Below are positions 26,372 through 37,831 of a DNA stretch of 64,000 nt, piece by piece (positions within the stretch are counted from its first letter, which is position 1; each line of letters opens with the position of its first letter). Position numbers and translations under genes: made by a program. Under the pieces are notes generated by a model. That model had not been told where the DNA came from. It made no database searches and saw nothing but the letters and a program-made list of their open reading frames with translations. The stretch comes from a virus. Lineage: Duplodnaviria > Caudoviricetes. Location: the IMG/VR virus record IMGVR_UViG_3300028591_000004, positions 86,781 to 150,780 of that record; one strand, 5' to 3'.

Positions 26372-26566
26372 ATGAAACCATGTCCTTGGTGCAAAGATAC
26401 TGTTGGATTAGAAATCGAAATTAAAAAATGTGATTGTGGACAACACAATTGGATCTTTGTGAAATGCCATCGTTGCGGAGCTACAGGGCCGTATATAATA
26501 TACGGCAATAGTGATGACAGAGATAACAGAGAAAGGGTTGCTATTGAATCATGGAACACTCGATAA
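26372..26566 (+). CDS. Lar-like protein
   Basis: MKPCPWC..VKCHRCGATGP..AIESWNTR. Confidence 0.7.
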   Translation: MKPCPWCKDTVGLEIEIKKCDCGQHNWIFVKCHRCGATGPYIIYGNSDDRDNRERVAIESWNTR

Positions 26567-28831
26567 CAAAAGATAAAATTAAAATAGAATGCGATCTCTC
26601 TTTTAAAGAAAGACTTAAATTGGTCTTTTCGGAAGAATCAGAATATTGTTTCTTTACTCACGGAGATTGCGGTGTTTTTAGTACCCCTGATGGCCCAGAC
26701 TGTGCCGGATGCATAGAAGAAAACGTGGAGTGGATTATAGATGAATAGATCTGACGTATGTTCTTCCTGCAATACCCAGCTGAGATGGTCGCCGCCTGAT
26801 CGTTTAGGACTCACACCCGGGTTCTATTACTGCCCGAGGTGCAAATACAGGCGCTGGGAAGGCAATTCTCAAAACATCTGGAAAACAAGAAAGCGGAAAG
26901 GAAAACGTGGATGACAGATAAAGAAGTGTTCGATCTTGTCCGGGACAACTACAACAAGGCGAACAAAGAATACCTTGCTGAACAGGTTAAGAGAGCTATG
27001 GAGCTTGAAAAAGATCCGGAGAAACTAAAGAAAGCAATCAATGACGATATTACCAAGAGACTGATAATGGGAGAGGATTATTTCAGATGAGAGTCTTAAG
27101 ACATGGAGAATGCTTGAAATTCTATTGCGATGGATGTGGGTGTATATGGCTGGCTAATAAATCCGAATGCAAAGAAAACCCCCACAGCGCAAGCCTTCTT
27201 CCGACAGATTGGAGCTATCCTTGTCCTGATTGCGGTAAGTTAATTGCAACCAGATCGGAAGCAAGAGAAGGGGGCAAGGAAACTTAATGAATCCAACAAT
27301 GAACGTACTCAGTCCATGTGTAAAAAATAAATGCGATGTGGCAACTCAGTCAGCATGTACAGGATGCCCTGAATGGTTCGCATGGAGAACTGGAACAGAA
27401 AACTGGCGTGGGCTGAGTGTTACAAATAGAATCTGCCCGAACTGCGGCAGCGAAAACGATATGAGAGCATTATCTCCGGAGGTCTCAACAGAATACGATT
27501 ATGTTTGTCTGAATTGTTCAAAGTATTTCACTGAGGATGATGTGTATATCGGTAAACATGAAAGGAGGAACAAATGATGGACTATGATTATTTAATGTCT
27601 ATCCCACAAGGATGGATGTGCCCGGTTTGCAAGAGGGTGTATTCTCCTTCTTATCCGTGGTGTAACTTCTGCGGAAATGAAAAGACAGAAACAACAACAA
27701 CTTACACAACAGAAATTGAGTATGTCCCACCTATCAGTCAGTGGGAACCGAAAAAGACGGTGGTAATAAAATGACAGCTACAGAAGCTGAAGAACTGATG
27801 AAAGAAAGCATGAAACACAAAGACTTGTTTTATAAATTTAGACTGAACTGGATGAGTGGAAAGCTAAATCAAAGGATAGAGAATGCAGCAAAGCATGGAA
27901 AACATTCTGCCGAAATAATGGTGTTATCAGAGAACAGTGCAGAGCAATACTATCCTCTTTTAGCAAAAATTTATATAGAACAAGGTTTTCGTGTTTTCTA
28001 TAATCTAAAGCAATATAAATTGAATTCGAGCTGTCCCCAGCTGAGAGTTGTTTGGGATTGGGAAAATTTAACATACGGTCAAAGACATAACTTATACGAC
28101 TGTTTTGAGTATAGGGAACCTAACTATGAGTAAAGAATTGAAATGGTGTCTAAACTTTGCAAGGGCCGTGCATTTAAGAGGTCATAAAAAAAGAAAAGTA
28201 AGGAAAAAGAATATAAAAAGGGTAGAGAGAATGAGATCTCAGGCGTTCAAAAAGTGGGGCTATTTTCCTCTGCCAATCGAATGGATTCCAAAATCGTGGG
28301 CAGGGGAGAGAAAGAAATGAAAAAGTTTCTAAAATTCATTTACCATATACCTGGGTTCTATCGTTTATATAAAGATTATGAAATAGATCCAGAAGGAATT
28401 AGATTTATTTTTAATGCATACAGTGAAGTTATACAAAACTGCACCGGAGGAAAACTGTCTAAGTTGTCTTATTATCCCTATGTTGTAACAACGGAGATAG
28501 ACAACTATTATTACGACAAATACTATGATATGTGGCACGGGGATGATTTAAAATGAACTTATACAAATGGTTTCACGATGATATAACATGGTGTGGAAAT
28601 GAATGTTCTTATACAGCATGCGAAAGGAATCTAATAAACAAGCTTTCAAAAGAGGGACCGTTTTCGTGTGCGCTGTTTAAAGACACAGAAACCTGTCCTT
28701 TATACAAGGAGCAAAAAGATGATAGCAGGAATAATTAATTTAATTCTTGTCGGCGGGCTGATTCTGTTTGTGCTGGCCAGTGCTGCGGACTTTAATAAAA
28801 AAGAATAAGAACTTTGAAGAAGGAGTTTACT

Positions 28832-29086
28832 ATGGCGAGATATATTCACAGACCTTACTATGTTGATGCTGTACAGTGGACTGGAGAAAATATACAGGAC
28901 ATGGAGCTGCTTGCGTCAGGATTCAAAACAAGTCATAACAATGATACTTTCTACATTGAAGTACCTGAATATATGATTATTGTTAACCTCAAAGAGTTTG
29001 TAGTGCGGGATCACGAAAAGATTTTCGTTCTTCCGGAAGATCACTTTGTAAACAATTTTGATCAGGTGGTGGAGGAAGATCAATGA
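28832..29086 (+). CDS. Divergent PGDYG-like phage protein
   Basis: MARY..RP..VDAVQWTGEN..F..NFD pattern; the PGDY motif itself is absent. Confidence 0.45.
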   Translation: MARYIHRPYYVDAVQWTGENIQDMELLASGFKTSHNNDTFYIEVPEYMIIVNLKEFVVRDHEKIFVLPEDHFVNNFDQVVEEDQ

Positions 29087-29334
29087 AAAAGATTTTATTA
29101 ATAGGCTTGTTGGTTGTTCTTATGATTGTACTGAGTTCCTGCGGAAACAGACAGACAGGTTTAGATACGTACCAAACCTTTAAGAAAGCGCACATTCTTC
29201 TCAACGGAGAATGGCGCGAAATAAATATAAAGGCATGGAGAGACTTTGAAAACGGGGATGAAGTGCAAGTTGTAACCCCAGATGGGAAAGTTTATCTAAC
29301 ACATTATATGAATGTAGTTTTGGTGAACGAATGA
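29083..29334 (+). CDS. Lipoprotein
   Basis: MKK + hydrophobic stretch + LSSC lipobox. Confidence 0.7.
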   Translation: MKKILLIGLLVVLMIVLSSCGNRQTGLDTYQTFKKAHILLNGEWREINIKAWRDFENGDEVQVVTPDGKVYLTHYMNVVLVNE

Positions 29335-29436
29335 TGAGAGATTTAATTGATCTGGTTGTCTCAATACTGGCAATTCTTGTGGGTGCAATCATCCTTACGA
29401 TATTCGGAGGATTTTTCTTTGCGCTGGTTGGAAGAT

Positions 29437-29495
29437 AAAAAAAAGGGTATTCTCAAAACCTATTCAATGAATAGACTGAGAATACCCATTTTTTT
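29437..29495. terminator. Bidirectional terminator between the convergent arms
   Basis: A-tract, GGGTATTCTCA..TGAGAATACCC stem with inner TATTCA/TGAATA, T-tract. Confidence 0.85.
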
Positions 29496-30216
29496 ACGAA
29501 TTAATTTTTGAAAACTCCCCGCTAATCCAGCCGATCTGCTTAGGGAGCTTTACAGCGTGCCATCCATTTTCGGCTGTAGCGACCCACTGGAAAGAAGTGC
29601 CTTTGTTTACGAGAGAAATTCGAGCAAATTCCTTTCCGTTTCCTGAACGGACATTTACTCTATCGTGGGTAACAATGACATTTTTAGACGATTTTTCGCC
29701 CTTGACAAAGGGAGTTTGAGAGAAATGCTTCGAAAAGATTTGTTCTCCGTACGCGGCTCTGTTCTGCTTGGCTTTTTCGCTCTGATCTGTAGGCTTTTCG
29801 TATCTCTCTACAACAATGTCAGAAGCTTCTTTAACAGACTTTGCAGACTTTAAAGTATTAATACAAGTCTTATAGGTTTGGATTTCTTTCCAAATATAAT
29901 CCAGCTGGGTTTGTAGATCTCCAATAGACTTATTCTGGCTCTTAGCATAGTTGTAAAGCCCTTCTTTACGGCTCCAGTAAGTCCATTGAACTAATCCATA
30001 CCCGGCCGAATCATGAACAAAATCTGTATAAATACCTTTGTCTACGGCGTTAGTGTATTCAGAGCTGCTTATACCTAATTTCCTGGAATAAGTATTCTGG
30101 AGTTTAGAAGAATCAAAACGACTTTCTACATACAAGTTTCCCATCAACCCGGCAACACCGTAAGGGTTGCCTATTTTTTCGTACAGGAAATCCCAGATGA
30201 TTTTCTCGTTATCCAA
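29494..30216 (-). CDS. Phage tail-lysozyme-type muramidase with C-terminal SH3b
   Basis: GVAGLMGNLYVES, GYGLVQWT, YEKP; VNVRSG..GWISGEF. Confidence 0.85.
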   Translation of the reverse strand: MDNEKIIWDFLYEKIGNPYGVAGLMGNLYVESRFDSSKLQNTYSRKLGISSSEYTNAVDKGIYTDFVHDSAGYGLVQWTYWSRKEGLYNYAKSQNKSIGDLQTQLDYIWKEIQTYKTCINTLKSAKSVKEASDIVVERYEKPTDQSEKAKQNRAAYGEQIFSKHFSQTPFVKGEKSSKNVIVTHDRVNVRSGNGKEFARISLVNKGTSFQWVATAENGWHAVKLPKQIGWISGEFSKINS

Positions 30217-30218
30217 GA

Positions 30219-30491
30219 TTAACCCTCCACTACGGGTTCTTCAGGTTCTGTTTCAGGTTCAGGCAAAGCGTGTTTGTAGCACTGATTCATAATAGCCCGC
30301 CCGTCAGCGGTGAGTAGGGTAGCAGAATGAGACTGAAGCTCACTGACAGCCGCCGCCGCGAGAACTTCGTGATATTTGGATTCGGCTTTCAGTCTGGCTT
30401 TGGCCGCATCGGCATCAAAAGCGAAATGCACCTGATGACCGTACTCGCCATTAGCATACTGCTGAATTTCAATGATATAGTATTGATTCAT
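30219..30491 (-). CDS. Hypothetical protein
   Basis: RBS AAGGAGG. Confidence 0.65.
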   Translation of the reverse strand: MNQYYIIEIQQYANGEYGHQVHFAFDADAAKARLKAESKYHEVLAAAAVSELQSHSATLLTADGRAIMNQCYKHALPEPETEPEEPVVEG

Positions 30492-30503
30492 AGTAATTCC
30501 TCC

Positions 30504-33050
30504 TTAGTGTTTCCAGTATTTGATAGTTATGGGGCCATTGGAAGTTGACCAAATATTGTTAGTGCCACGAAGGGTTTTGAGGGTTTGAGGGTCGATTGGA
30601 TAATGAATTGGTTCTTTAAGATGCCCTATAATCTGAATTGTTGTAGATGCCTCTGTTCCGATTGGAAGCCATACATATATGCGTCTAGAATTACTAACAT
30701 AAAAATGTGGTGAGTCGTTTTCGGTCCAACTATAAGAATATGGAACGATATTCGATAATTTAGAAACATATGAATATTCAGATGACTCATAAATATCTTT
30801 ATCTAGATCCATACTCTTATAATCAGTGTTTGATAAGGTTCCATGCAAAGTAAGTTCACCCCAAGTTTTTTCGAACAGAGCGTACTCTTCAACGATTTCG
30901 CCTTTAACTAAATCCACATATCCGCCATAAATGGCTCCTGCTTCAGATGGAAAAGTGATTGGAATGGTTGTGCCGTTATATGATTCATATTCTGTCATAG
31001 ATGATCCAATTTCGAATTGCATATTGCTTACATGCCAGATATTGTCGGCATTATTGTACCATCCGAATACATAATATATAACATCATCTACTGGCGTTAT
31101 CATCCCATTATGTAAACTCGAACTTAATGTTGAATTATATGTGTACCACGGACGAAGCATGGTCCCGTTTTCATTAAAAAAATTCAAACTAAAACCCGCA
31201 CCGTTAGTGGATATATTTCCTTCAGAATATGTCATACAACTAACATTAATTGAAATATTTGATGGAATATGCAACGTTGTTCTTTTTATATTATACCCAT
31301 ATGAATAATTACCAAGGGCTCCAATATTCCGGGCAGTCCCAACAAACGTATCACCATCTACGGTCACGCCTGTTCTGGAAGCCATCTCTGATATATCAAA
31401 CAGATTCTTCCCACATTTTGTTACTTCAATATTATTCCATCCACCAATCGGCCTTATGTTCTCCGGACTCGGATCCCCTTCGCCCTCCTGCACAGGTTCG
31501 AAATATACTTTGCATTCCTTTAGCGGTGCAGCAACGTCGGTATTAAATGTTACTAAATCACTACTTAGAGTCTCAAGATTAGGACTCGCCGCCATAATTC
31601 GTTTTCTTGCGGCACGAATTGGGGCAGCATCATGGACAGCGTAGGAGACTTCAGTGACATCATTGGTATTAGACCAGAAGGCATTATTATTGAGGAATGT
31701 TTTAAGTTGATTTGCAATTAATGGATAAGTTGATTTATTTACAATCGGATAACTTATATATGTGTCACCCATAGCCGCAATAAACTCCTCAACGCTATTA
31801 AATCTCTCGTCTCGGATATATATATAAGTATTTTTCCATGTCGCGATTTGAAGGTTTTGGTATCCGTTCATTGTGGAAGTAGTGTAAGCTTCAGCTATTG
31901 CACAATTACTCCATTGTATATCAGCCGAGGAACCCATTAAATCTGTTTGAGGGAAAGCATATTGAAAACGTCGTTGAGAAGTATTGTAGGTCCAATCTAT
32001 GTCTTTAATCTTTTTTGCCGTCCATCCAGAAATAACTTCGCCCTTTACCAAATCCACATATCCACCATAAAAAGTATTATCTGGATTATATTGCTCATAT
32101 GCAGTTGCTTCGGAACCACGTTCAAGTTGAATATTGGTTATTTCTGAAGGATCAAAAGCAGAATCATCAGTTTTTTTCCATTTGAAACGAACATATTTGG
32201 CATTTTCGACCACAAATGTTGTTGGGGATTCTTGCCATGAGACTAAACTTTCATTCGCAATAAAACCGTTATCATCATATGCATATATAGAAACAGGATG
32301 ATTTTCAGAGGAGGATAGCGTATACTGACCATGAGCAATTGAAATGAGCGAAGTCGATATTCTGCTTTTTACATTGCTGCTTATTTGTCCATTAGAGGCA
32401 ATATTGGCGTTCGATATTTCTCCATTAAATTTATTCTTCCCAGTCACCGGAAATGTCACAGGAAACGTTGTCGAAGAAGCAATTGCGCCATTTGTGATAG
32501 CGATAAAACAACTTCCCATCATAGGAACATTATTACTGGCTCTTTTAAGACCTACTCTAACCTTTGCAACGCTTTCGTACTGGCGTAAATCGAGACCTTT
32601 CTCTAAAATATTATCCGCTAAAGATACTTTTATTTCGATGCCGTCTTTATCATACAAATAAGGTCTGGCAAACGTAACATTTTGCATATTTCCAAGAATT
32701 TTCTGATACAAAATTTCCGAACCCAGTACTTCAACTTCTATAGGACGGAATTGCGACCATGAAGTAGGTGTTCCGTTTGCAGTAATCACTCCGTTTGTAT
32801 CGCAAGCGAAATCAACTCCGAGACTTGTTTCAGAAGTCTGAATGACCTTGAATGGCATCACTTCTGGCACTCTATACGCCTCAACCTCATTCCATCCTTT
32901 AATCGGCCTTACATTCTCCGGGCTTGGATCTCCTTCGCCATCCTGTATGGGTTTGAAATACACTTTGAGCGAATCAATAGGCACTCTTGCGGCACTTTTG
33001 AAACTGACTAAATTATCAGTACCGCCGACAGTATGACTTAAGTTGCCCAT
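30504..33050 (-). CDS. Virion fibre/receptor-binding protein with two homologous halves
   Basis: Duplicated KVYFxPxQxGEGDPSPENxRPIxGW, GKN.F and YGGYVDLVKGE blocks. Confidence 0.65.
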   Translation of the reverse strand: MGNLSHTVGGTDNLVSFKSAARVPIDSLKVYFKPIQDGEGDPSPENVRPIKGWNEVEAYRVPEVMPFKVIQTSETSLGVDFACDTNGVITANGTPTSWSQFRPIEVEVLGSEILYQKILGNMQNVTFARPYLYDKDGIEIKVSLADNILEKGLDLRQYESVAKVRVGLKRASNNVPMMGSCFIAITNGAIASSTTFPVTFPVTGKNKFNGEISNANIASNGQISSNVKSRISTSLISIAHGQYTLSSSENHPVSIYAYDDNGFIANESLVSWQESPTTFVVENAKYVRFKWKKTDDSAFDPSEITNIQLERGSEATAYEQYNPDNTFYGGYVDLVKGEVISGWTAKKIKDIDWTYNTSQRRFQYAFPQTDLMGSSADIQWSNCAIAEAYTTSTMNGYQNLQIATWKNTYIYIRDERFNSVEEFIAAMGDTYISYPIVNKSTYPLIANQLKTFLNNNAFWSNTNDVTEVSYAVHDAAPIRAARKRIMAASPNLETLSSDLVTFNTDVAAPLKECKVYFEPVQEGEGDPSPENIRPIGGWNNIEVTKCGKNLFDISEMASRTGVTVDGDTFVGTARNIGALGNYSYGYNIKRTTLHIPSNISINVSCMTYSEGNISTNGAGFSLNFFNENGTMLRPWYTYNSTLSSSLHNGMITPVDDVIYYVFGWYNNADNIWHVSNMQFEIGSSMTEYESYNGTTIPITFPSEAGAIYGGYVDLVKGEIVEEYALFEKTWGELTLHGTLSNTDYKSMDLDKDIYESSEYSYVSKLSNIVPYSYSWTENDSPHFYVSNSRRIYVWLPIGTEASTTIQIIGHLKEPIHYPIDPQTLKTLRGTNNIWSTSNGPITIKYWKH

Positions 33051-35539
33051 GTCATCACGCTCCCATATACTCCATCAGTAATAAGAATTTCATATACAGT
33101 ATTAGTATCGAGAGTTGAAGCGTCGAACCACTCTGGCATTTTAACGGTCGAAGGTAAAGTCAGTACGGCTACAGTACTTCCGCTTGTAAAGACAACGTCA
33201 ATTGATCCAGCTGCAGGAGGAGTAATGGATATAGATGTCACTTCTCCGCACATGTACCGTGTATTAGGTTGGCCAGTAATGGTTACAGCCGCGCCATCTA
33301 CTGTCTCAACAAGCGGAATCTCGACCTGGGAAGCAATTGAAGATAAGTCAATGCCAAGCATAGTCTGAATTGCTTGTTTAGCTTCATCGGTGTATATACC
33401 GACTGCATTATCTGATTGCGCTTGTGTTGTATCACCCGCGACTTTAGCTAGGGCATAGAATGTAGAAGTATGCTGATTAATTGGAGTAACAGGTCTATTG
33501 TTATTTAATCCCCTTCTTAGCTCAGTATCGCTCGCTGTAACTGTGTGGAGAAGACCATTATTAATTCCTATTCCTGTATATGAAAGATCTCCATTAACTT
33601 TAATGACGCCTAAAACTGATGAAGAAGCCTTTGGTACATTCGCCACTCCATTTTGATCTACTACACTTGTTCCGTCAATCTGCACATCCTTTGGCAACAT
33701 CGTCCCACCAGAGCTATCGTCTCCGCATCCGACATACACATTTCCCGCAAACTTTCCATCGCCGCTCCAAGTCAGTGCATAGGCATTTGACCGCGCATTC
33801 TCTGTGCCATTACCAACAACATCAGCAAAGTTAGTATCAGGAGCATTCCATTTGCCTTGCGCATGTTGGGCATTCGCGACAGCTATTGTTCCTACGCCTT
33901 CTGCATGAGCCGCATACGAATCATTTAACGTGCCGCCAAGTGTACTGTCAGCGATTGTATCGTATCCTTCAGAGTGATCAGCAGTGCCTACAGCGCCGTA
34001 ATTTAGATTGTACTGCTGGTCATTAATCTCGTATGCATTCGTGGATAACCGATAATTATTATGACCTTCAGCATGAGAATGCGGCCCAATCGCAACAGTC
34101 TGAGAACCTTCTGCATGGGATAATTCACCGCTCGCAACTGTTCCATAACCTTCTACGTGCGAAGAGTTACCGGAAGCTTCGGTGTAGTTGCCCTCTGCAT
34201 GAGAGGCAAAACCGTATGCTTTGGCATAGTTTCCTTCGGCGTGAGCAAGCTCACCTGAGGCAGTTGTGCCACGCCCTTCAGCATGAGATACGAGGCCGGA
34301 TGCCTGAACATTGTCGCCGAACGCGAAGCTGCTTGCGCCAACGGTTGTATTTTCTTTGCGACCACGGCTCAATGTCGTATCAAGCTGAGTGTCAGTTTTA
34401 GAAGGAACGTTGAGCATAGACTGGATCGCGGCCTTGGCTTCTGGCGTATAAGTTCCAACTGGTTCAACAGAATTTTTCTCATCATGTCCGGCAGCTTTAG
34501 CAAGACCATAGAAAACTGATTTTGCTTGATGAACAGGTACTATTGGTAAAAAAGCTGCGGTACCCTGTTTAATAGCAGTAGCACCAGCCGGATTTATGGC
34601 AAGATCATTATCGGCATCCACATAAACGCCTTTTCCCGATGGAGCTTTTACAACACCAGGATCTGAAGCGCTTGCTATTGGTATATTTGCTGTACCGTCA
34701 TTGAGCACACTTACTCCATTAACCTGTACATCCTGTACCGGGACAGTTGGAATAGTCGGCTTGTTGCTCAAATCTGCATAGTCGCCGCTCGTGGCGACGG
34801 CTGCCAGGTCTGCGCTATTAGCCTTGCCGCTAATGTCCTGATGCTGAGTCAAATATCCGGCATCGTTAGTTAGATCGCTAACCTTCGTAGGTAAAGCTGA
34901 ACTTGTAATAAACCCGGCGTCGTTTGTTAACTCAGCTGTTGTACTCGGAATATGAGTATTACTTGCTAAAGCACCGACTTCAGAAGCGGTATAGGTTGGC
35001 TTCTGAGCTGCTTTGGCCCAAGCTGGAACTGTAGGATCAGTCTCAGACGTTAAATATCCCGAATCATTTGTTAATTCCGAAACCTTTGTTGGAATATCGG
35101 TCTTGTCTGCTTTGTTGCTGATATCCTGATGCTGAGTTAAATATCCTGAATCGTTCTCAAACTGAGAGACTTTTGTCGGAACGGTCGGGATTGCATTTTC
35201 AAGATCAGAAAACTCGCTTACTAATTTATCAGCAGACCATGTTTTATCTGTATCTCCAGAGCCGGACGTATCGTCTATAGCAGTTATACCTGGAATTCCT
35301 TGAGGGCCTTGAGGGCCGATATCACCGGTATCTCCTTTAGGACCTTGAGGTCCGTCAAATTCACCGGATTCTTTTGCTTCCTGTAAGACAGAATTTATAT
35401 TTGAAATCTGAGTTTGTCCGGCAGACTGGATTGCTTCGATCTGTTGTGTTGTATATTCCTGGGAAATACCGTCAAGACCTTTGTAGTCTCCATTAGGTTC
35501 ACGATATTTCATGATACCTTTTTTTATTGTGATCGGCAA
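33038..35539 (-). CDS. Tail/head fibre protein
   Basis: Short collagen stretch, TKVSxLxNDxGYLT repeats, SHAEG repeats. Confidence 0.7.
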   Translation of the reverse strand: MPITIKKGIMKYREPNGDYKGLDGISQEYTTQQIEAIQSAGQTQISNINSVLQEAKESGEFDGPQGPKGDTGDIGPQGPQGIPGITAIDDTSGSGDTDKTWSADKLVSEFSDLENAIPTVPTKVSQFENDSGYLTQHQDISNKADKTDIPTKVSELTNDSGYLTSETDPTVPAWAKAAQKPTYTASEVGALASNTHIPSTTAELTNDAGFITSSALPTKVSDLTNDAGYLTQHQDISGKANSADLAAVATSGDYADLSNKPTIPTVPVQDVQVNGVSVLNDGTANIPIASASDPGVVKAPSGKGVYVDADNDLAINPAGATAIKQGTAAFLPIVPVHQAKSVFYGLAKAAGHDEKNSVEPVGTYTPEAKAAIQSMLNVPSKTDTQLDTTLSRGRKENTTVGASSFAFGDNVQASGLVSHAEGRGTTASGELAHAEGNYAKAYGFASHAEGNYTEASGNSSHVEGYGTVASGELSHAEGSQTVAIGPHSHAEGHNNYRLSTNAYEINDQQYNLNYGAVGTADHSEGYDTIADSTLGGTLNDSYAAHAEGVGTIAVANAQHAQGKWNAPDTNFADVVGNGTENARSNAYALTWSGDGKFAGNVYVGCGDDSSGGTMLPKDVQIDGTSVVDQNGVANVPKASSSVLGVIKVNGDLSYTGIGINNGLLHTVTASDTELRRGLNNNRPVTPINQHTSTFYALAKVAGDTTQAQSDNAVGIYTDEAKQAIQTMLGIDLSSIASQVEIPLVETVDGAAVTITGQPNTRYMCGEVTSISITPPAAGSIDVVFTSGSTVAVLTLPSTVKMPEWFDASTLDTNTVYEILITDGVYGSVMTWAT

Positions 35540-35574
35540 TCAAATCCCTCCTTTCTTAAAATGTAGGTAATATC

Positions 35575-36114
35575 TTACTCGGCTGTTGTGTTCATATTGT
35601 TAACGATAGTTTGAACCGTATTTACAAACGTACTGTTACTAGAAGTAAGCTGCCCATTATTGAGAGCATCAGTAATACATTGATCAGCTGCATTATAAGC
35701 TATATCATAAACTAAATCATGAAAAGAAGCCATAAGAGCAGTTAAAGTTTGATCACTTGTATCGAATCCTATTCCCCAATTCTCAAAAGTTTCCACATTT
35801 TTATAAGATTGTGCCATAGCTATAATAATGTTTGCAAATAAATCTAAAAATGGAACAGAATATGTTCCGAATATACCTGATTCAAAAGAAGGAGTACTGG
35901 AGGGACCAGATGCTTTTAGCGTGTTGCTTCCATCGCCTTCTAATGATCTTGTACCTGTGTTTAGTTTGTCATTCGAAGATATTTCAGATTGTTGGACAGC
36001 TATACGATGAGGAGTTGTGCTTACAATAACATGAGTATCAGTTATATCTGGAAAAGACGCGCCATCTTGGGATTCAATTATAGAACCTAACTTCGGTAAT
36101 TCAGAAATCTTCAT
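35575..36114 (-). CDS. Hypothetical structural-module protein
   Basis: MKISELP N-terminus. Confidence 0.55.
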   Translation of the reverse strand: MKISELPKLGSIIESQDGASFPDITDTHVIVSTTPHRIAVQQSEISSNDKLNTGTRSLEGDGSNTLKASGPSSTPSFESGIFGTYSVPFLDLFANIIIAMAQSYKNVETFENWGIGFDTSDQTLTALMASFHDLVYDIAYNAADQCITDALNNGQLTSSNSTFVNTVQTIVNNMNTTAE

Positions 36115-36119
36115 AATAA

Positions 36120-37469
36120 TTACGCTCCTTCTTGTGTTGTTATTAAATTGAGCAATGCTTGTAATTGAGCTTCGGTTATTGTTGTTGAACCGATAGTAAT
36201 AGAATTAGAATTAATTAACGTTTCAACTTGTCTTTTTAACTCAAGAAACTCTTCATAAGTAGGAATGACAACATTGGTTTCACCTTCAGAAGAAATCCAC
36301 AATCTATTGTCTTCTTCGGTGGGTTGGTCTTCCTGCACAAGTACGACATTGCCGGGATCACCTTTTTCACCTTTTAGTCCTGCGAGTTGTTCCGGAGTGA
36401 AATCTGCATAAGTAAAAGCGTCTCCTTTGGGTCCTTGGACGCCTTGATCTCCCTTTTCTCCTTTTAAACTGGCCAATTGTTGAGAAGTAAAATCCTGAAA
36501 CGTAAACGGATCGCCTTTATCTCCTTTTATTCCCTGAGGACCTTGTTCTCCTTGAGGACCCTGTTCGCCTTGTATGCCCTGAGGTCCAACCTCACCATGA
36601 ATACCCTGTATCCCTTGAGGCCCTCTTAAAGATTCCAACTGTTCTGGAGTAAAGTCCTCGTAAGTAAAAGGATCTCCTTTAGGCCCTTGAACACCCTGTA
36701 TTCCTTGAGGGCCGATTTCACCTTGAATGCCTTGTTCTCCCTGGATGCCTTGTATTCCCTGAGGGCCTATATCACCTTTAGGCCCCTGAATTCCTTGCTC
36801 ACCTTGCGGCCCTTGGATTCCCTGTTCACCGATATCGCCCTTTTCCCCCTGATCTCCTTTTAAACCTCGTGGAATTCCAAAGTTGACAATAGGATTTTCA
36901 GGAGTACCGGAAATCGTTACGCTTGCGCTGAACCCAGCCGGGAGAGTAGTAATATTGCCAACACTCAAAAGGGGAGTGGGACCTATGTCTCCTTGATCTC
37001 CTTTGAATTCTCCGGAGTCTTTTGCTTCCTGAAGAGATTCCCGTATGGTTTCATTAATGCTTTCAGCTATATCTTCGACATGTTCAACAGCCGAATTCAA
37101 TGCTCCAATCGTTTGATCGATGTTGGTTCTTTGAACCCTTGTCGGCCTAAAGTCTGTTGGCTTTGCTCTTTTATTTACATTAACAAGTGCGTTGTATACG
37201 GTCTCGGAGTAATCTTCGTGTGAGACGTACACCCAAATATAAAGAGGTTCTCCGGAAAGGAGAAACTCGTCAGGAATATCAACCCCTGACGAGTCTCCTA
37301 TCACGGATTTACTTATTCCATTTTCTTTGTTGGAAAAATGTACCTGATATACTTCTGGGAGATCGACCCCTTGAAAAGTAATATGCTGACCGCTGTCATA
37401 CTGGAACAGATTTCCTGTATTTACAACCCACTCGTGACCAAGCTGAATTGTTGTGTTGTTACCTCTCAT
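36120..37469 (-). CDS. Collagen-like fibre protein
   Basis: Long Gly-X-Y runs; three GDxFTxxDFTxxQLxxLxG interruptions. Confidence 0.8.
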   Translation of the reverse strand: MRGNNTTIQLGHEWVVNTGNLFQYDSGQHITFQGVDLPEVYQVHFSNKENGISKSVIGDSSGVDIPDEFLLSGEPLYIWVYVSHEDYSETVYNALVNVNKRAKPTDFRPTRVQRTNIDQTIGALNSAVEHVEDIAESINETIRESLQEAKDSGEFKGDQGDIGPTPLLSVGNITTLPAGFSASVTISGTPENPIVNFGIPRGLKGDQGEKGDIGEQGIQGPQGEQGIQGPKGDIGPQGIQGIQGEQGIQGEIGPQGIQGVQGPKGDPFTYEDFTPEQLESLRGPQGIQGIHGEVGPQGIQGEQGPQGEQGPQGIKGDKGDPFTFQDFTSQQLASLKGEKGDQGVQGPKGDAFTYADFTPEQLAGLKGEKGDPGNVVLVQEDQPTEEDNRLWISSEGETNVVIPTYEEFLELKRQVETLINSNSITIGSTTITEAQLQALLNLITTQEGA

Positions 37470-37491
37470 TCTCGATCATCCCTTCTAAAGA

Positions 37492-37818
37492 TTATGAGTT
37501 AATATGCTCGCCTTGATCGAGATTAAGTTCTTTTACAGCTTCTTCAATCAAATAAGAAATACTTTCCTCAACATTGTTTGCGTCGACAATATAACCTTGT
37601 TTCGCAAGCTCTTCGAGCACCATCTGTTTCTTTTCCTTACCGGGCTTGGATTTATATACCTGTTCGACTCCATATACAACGGTTTTAACTGCAGCCCGGA
37701 TCATAGCCATTTGATCGGAAGTGGTTTTAGCTTTCAGGTTCGGGATAACATACTTTACAAGAAGGCCAAAAATAAGCGTGATAACAGCCAGAATAATTTG
37801 AGTCAGATCGATTGTCAT
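37492..37818 (-). CDS. Holin, LL-H-like
   Basis: Single N-terminal TM, V.GVEQ.Y..GKEKK, LIEEAV; next to the endolysin. Confidence 0.75.
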   Translation of the reverse strand: MTIDLTQIILAVITLIFGLLVKYVIPNLKAKTTSDQMAMIRAAVKTVVYGVEQVYKSKPGKEKKQMVLEELAKQGYIVDANNVEESISYLIEEAVKELNLDQGEHINS

Positions 37819-37831
37819 ATAAATCATCTCC

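Larger units (their letters stand above)
24309..29438 (+). other. Dense run of about 25 small co-oriented hypothetical ORFs, many with CxxC Zn ribbons or TM segments
   Basis: Abutting ORFs with RBSs, e.g. 24309, 24536, 25128, 25858, 26141, 27087, 27287, 27574, 27771, 28317, 28553. Confidence 0.7.
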
